From Felis catus (Eukaryota), in the NCBI RefSeq assembly GCF_018350175.1, contig NC_058373.1, positions 115,570,001 through 115,634,000 of the forward strand: a DNA stretch of 64,000 nucleotides, read 5' to 3'. Below are positions 25,561 to 39,189 of the stretch, in pieces (within the stretch, counting starts at the first letter, position 1; each line of letters starts with the position of its first letter). Below the pieces are notes generated by a model, which saw only the letters and a list, made by a program, of their open reading frames with translations, was not told the origin of the DNA and searched no databases. The position numbers and the translations under genes were made by a program.

Positions 25561-25605
<45 letters not shown>
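25549..25605. repeat. (TG)n microsatellite
   Basis: Seen directly. Confidence 0.97.
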
Positions 25606-25607
<2 letters not shown>

Positions 25608-26158
25608 AGATGTTCCAAAGTCCAAGAGGTGGAGCTTCCTAATCTCAGCCTCTCTCTATGTGTCATGGCCAGGCAGGGCTGATATGAAGTGAACTTTGCA
25701 GGCTCCAGGGGGGGCTGATGAACGAGGGTCTGGTTCCCTGCAGGATATGACCAGGAATTCTCTACACGGAGATGACTTGAAAGATGGAGTCACAGATTCT
25801 GGAGATGCTCTAAGAACATTCAAAGATCTTATCTGTAGACCTCTGCCCTTTTCTTCTCAGATGAAAGACCCGTGACCCCATGGGATAAAGTGACATCCAA
25901 AACAGCAAGAGAGAGGCAAGAGTTAGGCCTAGACACCATGGCACTTCACTCCGTGCCCAATGTGCTTTCCTTATACCAAGCTTCAGGATGTGTAATCTTT
26001 TTCCCCACTCCTCCCCCACCAAAATTTGAGAAAGGAGCCCCTTCATTCCAATAAGGTGCTAAAAAATAAACTTTTGCAAAAAGTAATCCAGACACCAGCA
26101 TTTTCATTGCTAGCCACTCGTCTGGGGTAGTGAGCTGGTTAAAAGAAGGGATTCTTTC

Positions 26159-26355
26159 GGGGCACCTGGGTGGCTCAGTCGGTTAAGCATCCAACTCTTA
26201 ATTTCAGCTGAGGTCATGATCTCAGTTTCATGAGTCTGAGTCCCGTGTTGGGCTCTGCACTGACAATGTGCAGCCTGCTTGGGATTCTGTCTCTCTCTCT
26301 CTCTCTGCCCCTCTCCTCCTCCTCTCTCTCTCTCAAATAAATAGATTAAAAAAAA
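26159..26355 (+). mobile_element. CanSINE inserted in a MIR
   Basis: Head ggggcacctgggtggctcag; TSD-like aagggattcttt / aaggattcttt; MIR continues to ~26510. Confidence 0.92.
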
Positions 26356-27312
26356 AAAAGGATTCTTTTGATTTGAATCCCAGTGCCTCAGTCTTTCCAT
26401 CTGCAGAACAGGGTCAATAATGCTCTTCCTTCACAAAGTTCTTATGAGGAGTAGGTGGATTAACTCATGTGAGGCACTTGGCACAATCCCTGGCACACGG
26501 GTGGTACTGACCAAGCCACACTGCTCTTACTGCTACTAAGCCCAGACATGAGAAGGAGGGAGACTAGAAGAGCAACAATCAGGAACTCCAGCAGGAGGAG
26601 GGAAGGGTGTTACAAGAGAATATGAAAGTGACAGGTGGTTGCAGATGAAGAGTAAGTGTGGCTTCAAACAAATCACATTTTAAAACAAGGCATTGAAGAG
26701 AAGCTTCTCCAAGCCAGCGAAATGTCTCAGTCCCTGTGTACATCCTGCCCTTACAGACGGAGGAGCCTTTGGGAAGACATCAGGGTTGGTCATTCCCCAG
26801 CAAGCTGCCTGCTGCCCAGTAGCCCAGCCTACAACAGGCAGATCACAAGTGCTCCATGCTTCCTACCCTGCTTCCGCTGACATTTGACTCCTTACGTTCT
26901 TCTCTTATTCTGAAACAAGGATGGACAAGAACCGCTGACTGCAGAGGAACCACCCAAACAAGTTCTGGGGTCTTCCGAAGTTGCTCTTGACTCCTCCCTG
27001 CCTATAGCTCAGTCCCCTCAACTCTGGCCACTGGTAAGCTCTACGTTCAAGTCTTTATTTTCTCCTTGCTAGCTTCTTGCGGATAATCCTTCCGGGGGCA
27101 CAATTCATTCTTAAGAAAGGATGCCTGTTCCTTAACAACCTTTCCAACATGTCACCAAAGAAGACTCCAAAAGATATCATAAGAGGCCTTTTTGAAGGTT
27201 CTCCCGCCCTCAAGTCTGGGGCTCTCAAGAGGAACCTGGGTTGGGGAAAAGATGATGTGGGTGGGAGCAACAGGGCGATGCAAGTAGAAAGAACATATGC
27301 ACGTGTACACAG

Positions 27313-27314
<2 letters not shown>

Positions 27315-27355
<41 letters not shown>
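27315..27355. repeat. (CA)n microsatellite
   Basis: Seen directly. Confidence 0.97.
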
Positions 27356-27356
<1 letters not shown>

Positions 27357-27909
27357 CTGGTCTTCTCGGCACACAGTAAAATATAGCTTTATTGGATATA
27401 GCCATTCAAATATTATCCTTCCCATAAATATTTGAACCTGGAATGAGTTTAGACTTACTCTCCTACCATATGAAACCTCTAAGGGAAAGGAATGCTGAGC
27501 AGTTCATGCTATCTCGAACATTCAAGAGCTGTCAATGCAGGGATCCTACAGGACACTGCTCAGTAAAGTCCTGAAGCTCCACTCTCTTATGGAAGTGCAA
27601 AGGTTTTTGTTGGGAATCGTTTCCATGTGACACATTTTGCTTTTGGGAAATCAGTGATCTGGGCACAAAACCAGTGTTCTTCCCTCCACTCTAGCGACAA
27701 GAGCCCTGGACAAAAAGCTGGATTTCCAAGGATGCCCTTAAGTCACTCATGCACTCTCAGTTTTCTGAATATTGATTCCTTCACCAGGCAAATGGGAATA
27801 ATTTGACCTGCTGTCTCCTATATGGGTCCCCTAAGCCTTCATGTTTCTATAGGGAATTAGGGAACTTTGTGAGGGCCTTGTTATAGTCAAGCAACACTGG
27901 GGATCCCAT

Positions 27910-28288
27910 TGCTATGGACTAGATTGTGTTCCCCCTCAAAATTCGTATGTTGAAGGCCTAACACTCCCCGAAGTGATATTAGGAAGCGTGTGATGGGAGA
28001 GAGGGTGGTAAACTGGCTTTAGATGAGGTGATGAGACAGGAACATCCATCATGGGACCAGTGCCCATATAAGAAGGGGAAGAGACACCACAGCTTTCTTT
28101 CTCCACCATGCAAGGAAACAGCGAGAAGGCGGCTGTCTACACCTCTGGAAACATGCTCCCTCCAGACATCAAATCTGTCAGCACCTTCATCTCGGGCTTC
28201 CCAGCCTGCAGAAACGTGAGGAATAAATGTCTATTGTTTAAACCATCCAGTCTAGGGTACTCGGCTCTAGCAGCCCAAGCTAAGACAT
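27910..28288 (+). mobile_element. MaLR solo LTR (MLT1A-like)
   Basis: tgctatggact…ccccctcaaaattcgtatgttgaag start; gcagcccaagctaagaca end. Confidence 0.85.
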
Positions 28289-28684
28289 GCACGCATCTGA
28301 TCTGTTCACCCCAAGAATCATACAACGTCTTAGCTGGCAGACTACCTCAGATCTCATCCAGTTGGACTTTATGAAGGATGAAACCAAGGTGTAGAAGGGA
28401 AACGTAAACTGCTGAAAAAAAAAAAAAAAAAAAAAAACCACACAGAAGCTCCCAACAGTGGCATGTAACCATCATGAACAGAGGGCTCTTGAGTTACGGC
28501 TTGAATTTTGGATTTGCCGCCCACCGCTGTGTTAAGCTTGCACTAGCCATGTTATGCCTCACAATCGGTTTTTCACCCTTTATGGGTTGTTGTGAACAGT
28601 AACTGAAATAATACTTAGCACACTGCCTGGTAGATAGTAAGTGTTGCATAAAGGCTAGCTACATGCGGTAGAGACCGGTAAAGA

Positions 28685-29109
28685 CTCAGCCTCCCCTTCC
28701 GGAGTGTAGAGCTGTTGCTGGAACACGGCTGACCGGCCTGGAGTTACATTTCCCAGCCCCTCTTGCCTCTAGGGAGGGCCACAGGACTGCGTGATCACCA
28801 GAGGAGTGCAGGTGGACGCGATGTGTGCCACTGCTGGGCCAGCGGGGTAAGCAACGGGTGCACAGGCTGCCCGCCTCTACGGGTTGGATTATGCCAGAAC
28901 AACTGTGCAGCCCCAAAATGGAGGCTGTGAGATGGAAGCTGTGAGACATCCCTGAGTAGTCTCAGCCGACATCCCTGAGTAGTGGCTTGGAGGAGCACTA
29001 CCCGTCCAGGTCATGAGACGTGGCTTGAGTGAAAAATAAACTTTTACTGTGTAAGCCAATGAGATCGGGCGTTGTTAGTGCAGCTAGCATGAAGCACCCT
29101 GACCAATAT
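28685..29109 (+). mobile_element. Old MaLR LTR (MLT1H/I/J-like)
   Basis: tacatttcccagcccctcttgc; gagtgaaaaataaacttttactgtgtaagcca. Confidence 0.7.
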
Positions 29110-30260
29110 GCTATTGCTATGATCACTAGAGTAGACAAACGCTCGGAAAATGAGAGGGCAACTGGAGGGTCTAACCAGTGTGACTCTTGCCTTTAACTTC
29201 TAAGGGTGGGAAAGGTGTACAATTTGCAACACCCCTACTGACACTAATCCTCATGCTCAAGGGCCTACATTCTTCTGCTATTAAATAGCAGAGGGCAAAG
29301 CGGCAGAGTCCAGTCTGGCTCCATCCTGCCTGGAGACTGACAGCCTTCCTGGTGAGTGATAAGAGGATTCTAAATGATCTCAGCCCTGGCGGTACGCTCC
29401 TGTAAAACCCCTGGCAAGACTGGTGAAAGAATTAGAAACACCACAGGAAGGGCAACGGCAGGGAGGCACTCAGACAGCCCGGTCTTCCCTTCACCGTGAG
29501 CTTGCTTATAACCAGCGACATAATTGAGCCTCAGTTTCCTCATCTGTAAAACGAGGCCCTGAAGGCCCAAGGATCCTTTCGGCTCTAACGATCCGGGACT
29601 TTTACAAGTTCACCCATTCAACAAACATGTATTGAGCTCTGAGCTGGGTGCTGGACGGACAAAGATCTTTAAGATACGGTCTCTGACCTCAAAATGTTCA
29701 CAGTCCAGAAGATGTTCACAAAATGTTCACCGTTCACAGTGCCTGTCGTGGGGTCAGGCGTGATGGAGGTGGCCTTTATGCTGTGTTCTCTGCCCATGTG
29801 GCTGCTTATGAGCTTCGTTTAACACCTTTATATAAAATACAAAGGCAGAAAGAAGGGGAGAAGGTCTATTTACAAGTCAAGTACCCTAAGAAAGGTCTTC
29901 ATTCTGGAGCAGCCCAGAATCTGCAACATGGCAACAATTCAGAAAAGTCTCTTTTTTTCCGCCTAGCAACTCCCGAGCACTGCATTTTAGACGCCCCCCC
30001 CCCCCAAAGGAGCCCCTTATCTCATACTCCCTCGTCAAATAAAACTAAGGCCTAGAGAGATTAAATAGCTCATCTGAGGCCATTTACCTGAAAATGAGGT
30101 CAGGTCCAGGCTCTCTTTGCCCATCATCTTGATCATGGCCTTGGAAAAGAAGGGAAATTTGAAAAAGCTTCCCTGCTCTACACCCATGGGAGTCCAGGTG
30201 AGCGTCTCCCGCTGCAATGCCACCCAGACCCCTTGCCTGGAAAAATCTCTGGATTTCTTT

Positions 30261-30479
30261 TTTTTTTTTTTTTCAACGTTTTTTATTTATTTTTGGGACA
30301 GAGAGAGACAGAGCATGAACGGGGGAGGGGCAGAGAGAGAGGGAGACACAGAATCGGAAACAGGCTCCAGGCTCTGAGCCATCAGCCCACAGCCCAACGC
30401 GGGGCTTGAACTCACGGACCGCGAGATCGTGACCTGGCTGAAGTCGGACGCTTAACCGACTGCGCCACCCAGGCGCCCC
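30261..30479 (-). mobile_element. Young felid CanSINE
   Basis: CpG-rich; TSD tggatttcttt. Confidence 0.96.
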
Positions 30480-30740
30480 TGGATTTCTTTAATGGATGCC
30501 CCTAGTTCTGATGTACGGTCGCTGAGAAAACTTGAGACCAGTTGCTTCCTTAAGTCTCCCAGGCTCAGTTCCCACATACTATACCTCTTTTGATTATGTT
30601 TAAAACTCCAGAACTGCAAAACTCGTCCTGCAGCCCAACAAGGGTAGGGGGTGGAGTGCAGATCGCGAGCCAGAGCCAACAGTCACCTTCTGGTTGAAAA
30701 GATTCCCACCCTCTGAGGAAAACAAAAAGCCCCTTCCTCT

Positions 30741-30754
30741 GTTGCCATGGGAAC
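30741..30754. promoter_or_regulatory. RFX X-box motif
   Basis: GTTGCCATGGGAAC, 13/14 match to the palindromic GTTGCCATGGCAAC. Confidence 0.45.
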
Positions 30755-31642
30755 AGTTCAGCAATGTTATGGATGCTCTGCAGGAGGCCGCCATGGAGCA
30801 GAGCTGGGGAGAGGGCTTTCTTGCCAAAGAGCCAGGAAGGCTGTTTGTGAAAAAGCACTTCCGTCAGCACTCCTAATCTTCTGGGGGGTGCTGGGAGCGG
30901 TTCCCCAGCCTCTGGCCCTAGGGCATCTTCGTACATGGCATTACCCAGCTGGCAAGAAAAGGGGCCAGGACCCAAGGCTCACTTCAAATGATTATGGAGT
31001 AGGGTTCTCTGTGTAAAGACTCAAAGTCACTGAGAAGACGTTTCCTCATCTGCACTGGTACAGCTGCATCCCTGTCCCACCAGCACAAGGTGACTGAGCA
31101 CCTCTCATCTGAAGAAGCCAGAGATAACCAGAAAGGGAACCATGTTAGAGACGATTTGGTGGAGCAGGGGGAGGGGGGCATAAATGGAGACAGTGGGCAG
31201 CCTCGAGCCTCCCGTGCGACTTTAGAATCCTTCGTGACTCCCACACCACACCACACATTCACACAAAGGTTGACACTGATTATTGTCTCCTGACCCATAT
31301 TTCCTTTTGCTCTGTTTCACAGAAGACTCATTTCTCCGCCTACTGCCAGCTGTTTATGACTCAGACACACCCCTGGGGAGCGCATCCCCTGTCCAACCCT
31401 CATGAAGAGCTCCGGCTTTCCTGGCCAAGGGCAGGAAGGGGGCTCTGATTATGTCAGATGGGCCTGGGGTTCTTTGACCTCAGTCAGGATAGTAAGCCTC
31501 AGAGTCTCGGTTTCCTCATTTGTAAATTGCATGATAATACTACCTATCCATAGGATTACTGGGAATAGTATCTATTGCATGGATAGCCTTTAGCCAAGAA
31601 CCTGGAGTATAACCCATATTTAATTAATGTAGATTTAGCAGC

Positions 31643-31858
31643 AGCTGGGTGGCTCAGTTGGTTAAGTGTCTGACTCTTGATTTCGGCCCAGGGCATTATC
31701 TCACGGTCTGTAGGTTTGAGCCCCATGTCAGGTTCCTTGCTGGCAGTAGGACGCCTGCTTGGGATTCTCTCTCTCTCTCCCTCTCTCTCTGCCCCTCTCC
31801 TGCTTGCTGTCTATCTCTCTTTCTCTCTCTCAAAATAAATAAGTAAACATTAAAAAAA
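31643..31858 (+). mobile_element. CanSINE
   Basis: gctgggtggctcagttggttaag head, (CT)n, A tail. Confidence 0.92.
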
Positions 31859-32040
31859 ATAACTGTAGACCTAGCCAAAAAAATAAGTTTAGGCCAAATA
31901 AATTTTATAGTTTTCCCAATTGCAGGAAACTGTGATTTCTTTCCCCACTTCTCTAAAAAAAAAAAAAAAGTATTATGACTACCCTTCATGGTTAGGATTA
32001 TTTCAACTATTTTTTTAATGTCTTATTCTCTCCTTTTCTT

Positions 32041-32070
32041 TTTTTTTAAATTTTTTAAAATGTTTATTTT

Positions 32071-32120
<50 letters not shown>

Positions 32121-32273
32121 AAGCAGAGAGGGAAGGAGACACAGAATCTGAAGCAGGCTCCAGGCTCCAAAATGTCAGCACAGACCGCGACGTGGGGCTC
32201 AAACTCACAAACCACGAGATCATTACCTAAGCCGAAGTCAGACGCTCCACTGACTGAGCCACCCAGGTGCCCC
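32041..32273 (-). mobile_element. CanSINE
   Basis: TSD tctccttttctt. Confidence 0.94.
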
Positions 32274-33788
32274 TCTCCTTTTCTTATTCTCCTTTATTAA
32301 TATTTATTTATGTTGAAGACAAAAAAAAAAAAACATGGAAGAAGGAACTACAACAAAATGTGAACAGTGCATATGATGGTAGGAGACTATGGAGGTTTAC
32401 TTTTTTGTGATGGAGATAAGATAAAATATTTTTAAAAGTGGTGTTATTCAACATTCTATATAAACTCCACCTCTCTTTCCGCCATCTATTTAAGAGGTCT
32501 TAAACATCGCCTAACTTTAATCATCTTTCCCACAGCAAATTTATTTTCAAGTCTCCACCTCCAGGCCTGGCTTCCCTCCCAGACTTTGGGCCCCCTGGGC
32601 CAGCATACATGCATGTGGATGAGCCAGAAGAATCCATAATTAATCAACTGCTCATGATCTATTACTGTTTACAGAGCCCTAGCACACGGGTCTCACTTGA
32701 TCCTCAAAATAACCCTGTGATAAGGAAACGAATATCATCACTCCCATTTTACGGAAGAAACAACCAAGACAAATTAGAAGGCTTACATATTCCATTGCCA
32801 TTTCAGTCGCTAGATAAATGGCGGAACTAGAAGTGTGAATCCAGGGGTGCTGATTCCACTTCAGGACAAGTTTCTCCCAGAGTAAAACACCTGGACAGCC
32901 ACGCTGATTACCTACCTCTCCCCCATAGCCGGTGGCTCCTCCAGCCTCTCTGTAGTGATGGCCTTACCATGTCCCCACTCACCTGGCACTCGTCTGACTT
33001 CTCTCGTGCTCTTCTCTGCCACCTCACTCTGTCAGTCATGGAGCCCTCGCATTTCCTCCCTTTCAGTGTCTCTCAAGTTGTCCCCATCCCTCCATTTCCA
33101 CTGTGACCCCTCACGCGCTGGCCCTGGATGCCGCCATATATGCACTGAGGACCCAGCTATGCGATAGCCTTCCAGTTGGTCTCACTAACTCCAATCTCAG
33201 GGTCCTTCGTGGTAACCAGGTTAATCTTATTTACTGTCTCTAGTGCAAAAACCTCAATAGCTCTGAATTGCCTACAAAATGAAGTTGAAAATCACTGCCT
33301 GACAGACAAGACCCTTCTCTAGCTCCTGAATCTACGGATCCTTGGTTTAACCCTTATGATTCCTCCAAATCGGTCATTCAACTCTAACCATATACGTATG
33401 AGTTGCCCCAAAATGATAAATGGGTTTCTTCTCGGATACCAAGAGATCAAAAGGTGATGTCTGCCTAGAGCCCTGAGTTAAAGAGGCTTATTATAAACAT
33501 ATTTGGGTCAGAGAAAAAGGGTGCCAAAATCAATTAGCAATATCTGCCACCGTTAAAAGGAGGAGAGGTGGAAGAAGGTGGCATTTCATTTGTATCCCTG
33601 GTCTTTTCTATTAGAATGAAGCTCATCTAGGCCATAACTTTACTTTTCTCCCCCAATCTAATTTTCCCTGCAGCCACTTAACAGTACCTTGCACACAGTA
33701 GATACTCAATAAACATTTTTAAATGGACTCATAAATTTTTCTGAACTCATCTTGACCTACAATAAAGCAGAAGCCCCATAGGATAGAG

Positions 33789-33941
33789 CAGTGGTTCTCA
33801 ACCCTGGGGAGCTATATATTAACAAACAAAAACAAAAACAACTGATGTTTGGGCCTCACCCCTATAGGTTCCGACTTAATTAGTCTGGAAAGGATTCAGC
33901 ACTAGTAGTTTTTTAAAGCTCCCCAAGGTTGGGAACCACTG
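33789..33941. mobile_element. MER5A-like hAT MITE
   Basis: 15-bp terminal inverted repeats cagtggttctcaacc / ggttgggaaccactg (1 mismatch). Confidence 0.85.
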
Positions 33942-35629
33942 GTTGAAGGGAAGGGCAATAGCACTCAGAAGTCCTGCTTTTCCTGAATAGCATGTGATCA
34001 TGAACTAATCACTGGGTCTCCATTTCATCTGTTCGAAAATAAAGTAGTGCGACTGTGTTATATCTAAGGCGTGTTCAAGTTCTCCCAGTTTTCTCTTCCA
34101 CTTCCTAAAGAATTTCTCTACCAGTAGAGTCCAGCTCTTATACTAGGGATCTAGAAGCCTCCATCAGATGCTCCTAGAATCAGAAGAAATGGAAAGCCTG
34201 ATGTATTCTTTTTTTCCCCATTTTTCCAGCCTGCTCTAGACATTGGAAAGATTGCTTCTTACATCAATCAACCAACCAACTCTATTAATGATGATAAGTA
34301 ACTTGGGGGACATGAAACCTCACCCACCCTTAGATGTGCACGACTGACATTTTCTCATATTTGTGAAAAATGCTTTAAGAAAAATTCCTGAACTTCTCTT
34401 GCAACCAAGTTGTTGGCTCTAAGACTTCCTATGTAGAACACCTAGAGCTGCCGAAATTAAGGACTTGAATGAATCTCTATTTTTGTTTAGAACTATGCAA
34501 GGAGCTGTCTGGAGAAACACAAAGCAGCACAAAACTTTGTCCAGAGAAGCTTAGACTATAACTGAGGAAAGAAAATCAACACATACATGCGTCCACGCAC
34601 GCACACACATACACACACACAATTTAGAACTAAATACAGGGCCCCAGTATAACAGTGTTCAGATGGCACCCAGGGGAGGGAAAGATCTATGTTCTTCCCA
34701 CCATTTCCAGCAAGGCCTCTTTGACCTTAGAGTGCTGGTATCATCCCAAACCTACTATCAAGTTTATTCATGCCATGACTAATTCCTGGCAATGGGTGGG
34801 GGTTCCCAGAATGCCTCCTAATTGCTGCGCACAGCAGGAAGTAGCAAGAAACATCTACTACCCTTCCCATCGTCTCTGCCTTCTACTCCCCTAGTAATGG
34901 CCCCCCAAATTCATTTCCAAGTAATTTACATGCAAATTAGATCACAGGGTCACAGAAAGGATTGGGGTGGGGGAGTAAATTGTATCCCAGACACAATTAA
35001 GGAGCAAATGTCTGATTCATTGAAAAGTGAGTCTGGGTGGTGCAGAGACTAGGTTCATGGAGGACGTGGTGAACGTGGACCTGGTATAGGTCAGACATCT
35101 GGGCATTGTGTGGTAAGTGCACCGCAAGGCAGATATTTTGAACTTGCCCAGTAGCATTTCATTGACAGGTCTTGCAGACCAGTGTTCTTTGGCCATCTCC
35201 CAAGGGTTAACTCTCAACTATAATTGTTTCTCTTCCAGTGAGTGTGACCAGTAGTAGCCGAAGGCTGCTGATTGTGATGGTGAGGAATTATGCTGGGTCC
35301 TGCCTCCCTGGGACCAGCACCAGAAAGTGTCTTCCCCTGTGGTGGGCTTTCTTGGCTTAGTTCTGCCTCAGAATGTCCTTCTCTGATAGCAGCTGGTTTG
35401 TTATGTTCTCTCCAAACATGGCTTCACAGAACATGGGACCATCCTGTCCAACCGCTGATTTTACAGATGAGGAGCCAGGCCCTTCCAGAGTAGGGACTTG
35501 CCCAGGGCCACCCACTAGGTGGTGTCAAGCATCATGACACTCTGATGGTTGGTACTCAGGTCTGAAGGGTACCATGAGGAGAAAAGACACTACACACTTA
35601 GCCTTTGGACTTGTTTTCTTCATTCGAAA

Positions 35630-36420
35630 CTCTCCCGTTTGGTGATCTCATATACCTCCAGGTCTTCAGGCTCATCTCCACTCTCACCTCCCTCTAATCT
35701 GTGTCCCTCGCCCTGAACCTATCCTGAATTCCAGGACCATATTGCCATTTGCCTACAACATTTTCACACGGGTGTCCCATTACCATCTCAAAACAACATG
35801 CTGTAAGTGGAATTCATCACTGACACCCCCAAATACCTCACAAGCTTATTCCCCATTTGCAGGTTCTCCAACCTATTTGAAGGGCAGTCCTAACCATTCT
35901 GCCATGCAGAATTGAAACTGGACAGTCATCCTTGGCTAACTCTTTATTTTCCCTCCATAGTGGCATTCAGTCTCCAGATCTATTGGTTCTCACCATAGAA
36001 TGCCTTCTCACCCGTCTCCTCCTGTCTATTTCAGTGGACACAACCCAGGCCCCATCATCCGCCACCTGCATTACTGCAACAGCTACTTCATCAGTGGTCC
36101 TCTTTCTGGATTCTCCCCATCTGCCCCTTAGCGGTCTTCCATATCCCTGCCAGACTAACTCTTTAAGAACACTGATCTTTCCTGTCATTCTCTTACTCAA
36201 ATGAGCTCCTATGGTCACTTTATTGTCTAGAGAGTAATGTCCAAACCCTTCTACGTATCATCAAGGCTCTCTACAATGTGGCCATACTCCACTCCACCCT
36301 GCTTCTCCTTCCACAGGCCCTGAGATTCCTTCTCTTGAACAGACATACTCTTCCTCCCATATTATCTTGACAAAATGCTACTTGTTCTTTAGGACTCACT
36401 TCTTTAACAAAGCCACCCCC
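35630..36420 (+). mobile_element. L2 relic
   Basis: Pyrimidine-rich L2 body (ccctgaacct…ccatctcaaaacaacatg…cccaggccccatcatc). Confidence 0.65.
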
Positions 36421-39189
36421 CATGCCACACATTCTCACAGAGTGGCGCCGTTAAGAGTTTAAAGTGAAATTGACGACATGCTGGCTATTGACTTTGATAT
36501 GAAGATATTAGAAGAAGCTGTACAAAAGCAAAACCGTGGAAAATCTGAAGTAGTTATGGGGTGACACCTTTTAACATGTTTTATTTCTCCCAGTCAAGGG
36601 CCAGGCCTCAGGCTGTTAAAATCCTTCTCCCTCCAGTCACTGTACCTCGTCGTACCTCCATGTTAGCTCTTACTATCCATCTCTCAAGATAGGTGTTGGC
36701 CAAAGAGTTTTCCTTCCCAGTTTAGAGCTCATACAGAGCACCAAGGAGTCTGAACTTGGGGTGCCTTGGCATTTGTCAATGTTATCACCAGGTTAATTAG
36801 CCTCTGTTGTAGTTATGGGCATAGTCCTCATTATGGTGCTAGTAGGATGCGGTTGCCTGCATGAAGCGGGCCCCCTTCTTGGCTTGGGCTCTGGGCCTAA
36901 ATGCCCATGCGTGACTCCTCCACAGAAGGCCAAACAGACCTTGGGAAGGCACATTTTCCTCTACAGGGTAGACCCGAATAGAATCCCCCTACACTCAAAC
37001 TCATCTCAGATGATACCCTGCTCGAGACTGGGCAGGCCACACTCAACGCCTGTAAGGAGAGGAAGAGAGTTCAGATGATGATGGGGCGAACCTGAATAAC
37101 CTTATCTAGACTCCTAGGGAAGTGCCTATAGAAAACATGGTGTTCTGGAATCTGACCATTCTGTTCTGGACTCCTTTTTAGGAGGGGTAAACAATACTGA
37201 GAAAACTTCCTCCCAAAGGCTACCATTACATAATAACTACCGTGTCACTTAAGTCAGGTGTCTATGCTAAGAGCTTTATAAACATCATCTCCCTTAAACC
37301 TCCCAGGAATCCTATGTGGGTATTATAATTATTATTATTCATCCTTATTTTACAGAGAAGAAAAGCAAAGTTTAGGAAACTTTAAAAGCATTAAGTAAGC
37401 TTCATTAATGTTTTAATGCATTTATTGAACGCTGTGCTCCAGCCACTATGCTAGACACTGTGGGAGATACAGGGATAAATCAAATACCCTCCCTGACCCA
37501 AGAAGTTCACAGGCCAGTGGAAGAGACGCTTAAGCATTCAAGTAAGCCTGATTTGTTAGGGAGATGGTGAGGTTGGCAGTGACGCAGAGGTCTTAATTAG
37601 AGAAAAGAATTTGGGCCAGTGGAGTTGCAAGACAGGTCAGACTTCAAAGGCAGAGATAGGAGGGCGCGTGCTTTCTGCAAACTGAACTGAACTGTAAACT
37701 ACTTGAAGGCAGAATCTAATCTTCTGTTTATAATTCAGTGCCAGAGATATTTATCAAGCACCTTCAATGTACCTGCCAGGGTACAATGTATCTGCCATAC
37801 GGAAGGGGGGGATAGAGAGAGAAACAACACAGAGCTGTTGCCCTCAGACCTCTGGGCAAACCTCCCCTTAGTCACTAGTAGTATGCCTTCCTCTAGACAC
37901 CCCTGGGATCCCCTTGCCCTCTTTCCCTCAATGAATACTTGACTGACTTCTTTGATGGTCTTCTGCTTCCTCTGGATCAGACAACCCAGAACAGCATCTG
38001 GGGATGGAATTCTGAGACCAGAAAGACCCTGGGAAAGAGCTTCACAGCCTAACGTACATGAAGGTCACTTACCCAGCCTGTCTACACACACATTTCAGAG
38101 GAAATGGAATAAACTTCCTTAATGATACTCAACTCACCTGAGGTTTATCTGCTGCCCCACATGTGCCCACCCTTAATGGACGTGCGACAATGCTGATGAC
38201 TAGGAAGTCAGAGATGCTGGGTTCCTGCGTTTGCTTCTGTGCTGTGTGTGCACATCCTGAGGGTGTGCACGTGTGAGCACGCGCGCGTGTGCGTGTGTGT
38301 GAGAGAGAGAGAGACAGAGAGATCGACAGTGAGCAGGTAGGTGCAAGGGATACTTCTCAGGATCACCCTCCACACTGAGAGCACCCAGGTCTGGCTTCCC
38401 CTGGCCCTCTGCAAGGGTAATGAAACCTATATCCAGGAAAACACTGGCAAGCCTAGCTAATTGACCCGAATGGCAAGGCAAGTCCTCTGGGGATCCTCAG
38501 GGGCTTGTCTGAGAAGAGCCATGAACATTCATAATAACAAAGGCAGAAAACATAACAACAGTCCATCTTGGCGCCCTGGCTGTAAATGGCTCATTTACTC
38601 TGGCAAGAGGAATGGAGTTTTAATGACAAATTGAAATGCCGCACAGCAGGCTTGGTTTTGTGCTGTAAATTATTTTCGAAAGAGGCACGATGCCTTCATA
38701 AAAGAGGATTGCTCTCTGGTGTGGAGTGAGGGTGACTGGAGTCCCCCCCATCCTCACGTCCCCACCCCACCCCCCACCCCCCCCACCCCCCAGCGCTTCC
38801 CTGCTCCATCCAAAGGCCTACTTCTTCCTGCCTTTTGGACAATCAGGGCAGTGCATTTCATAGTGGGTTTCATAGTGGGTTTCATAGCATGCACCCTCTC
38901 TCCTGGGCATGCAAAGGAATAGAGCTGAATTTCACAAGACCAGGAGCCAGAGGGCACAGGGTTCAAGGGGCATCTGCTAATTTGCCTGGTCGGGACTTCC
39001 TGGTCTCTCCCTTCCGCACAGGATTCGCTTTTACAGAGGAGGAAAGAGGTCTGAGAACGGTGCTGCATTGATTCCACACCTCCACGTCCATACCATCAAC
39101 ATCTGTTCACAAAGCAACACCGTTTAACAGCCCGTGGGGATAAGAGGCAGGTACCCCTGAAGCACCATGGTAAAGCTAGTGCTCGCTCA

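Noticed and set aside
27077..27379. 100-aa ORF after a pyrimidine-AG
   Set aside because: No recognisable homology, and it runs into a (CA)n repeat
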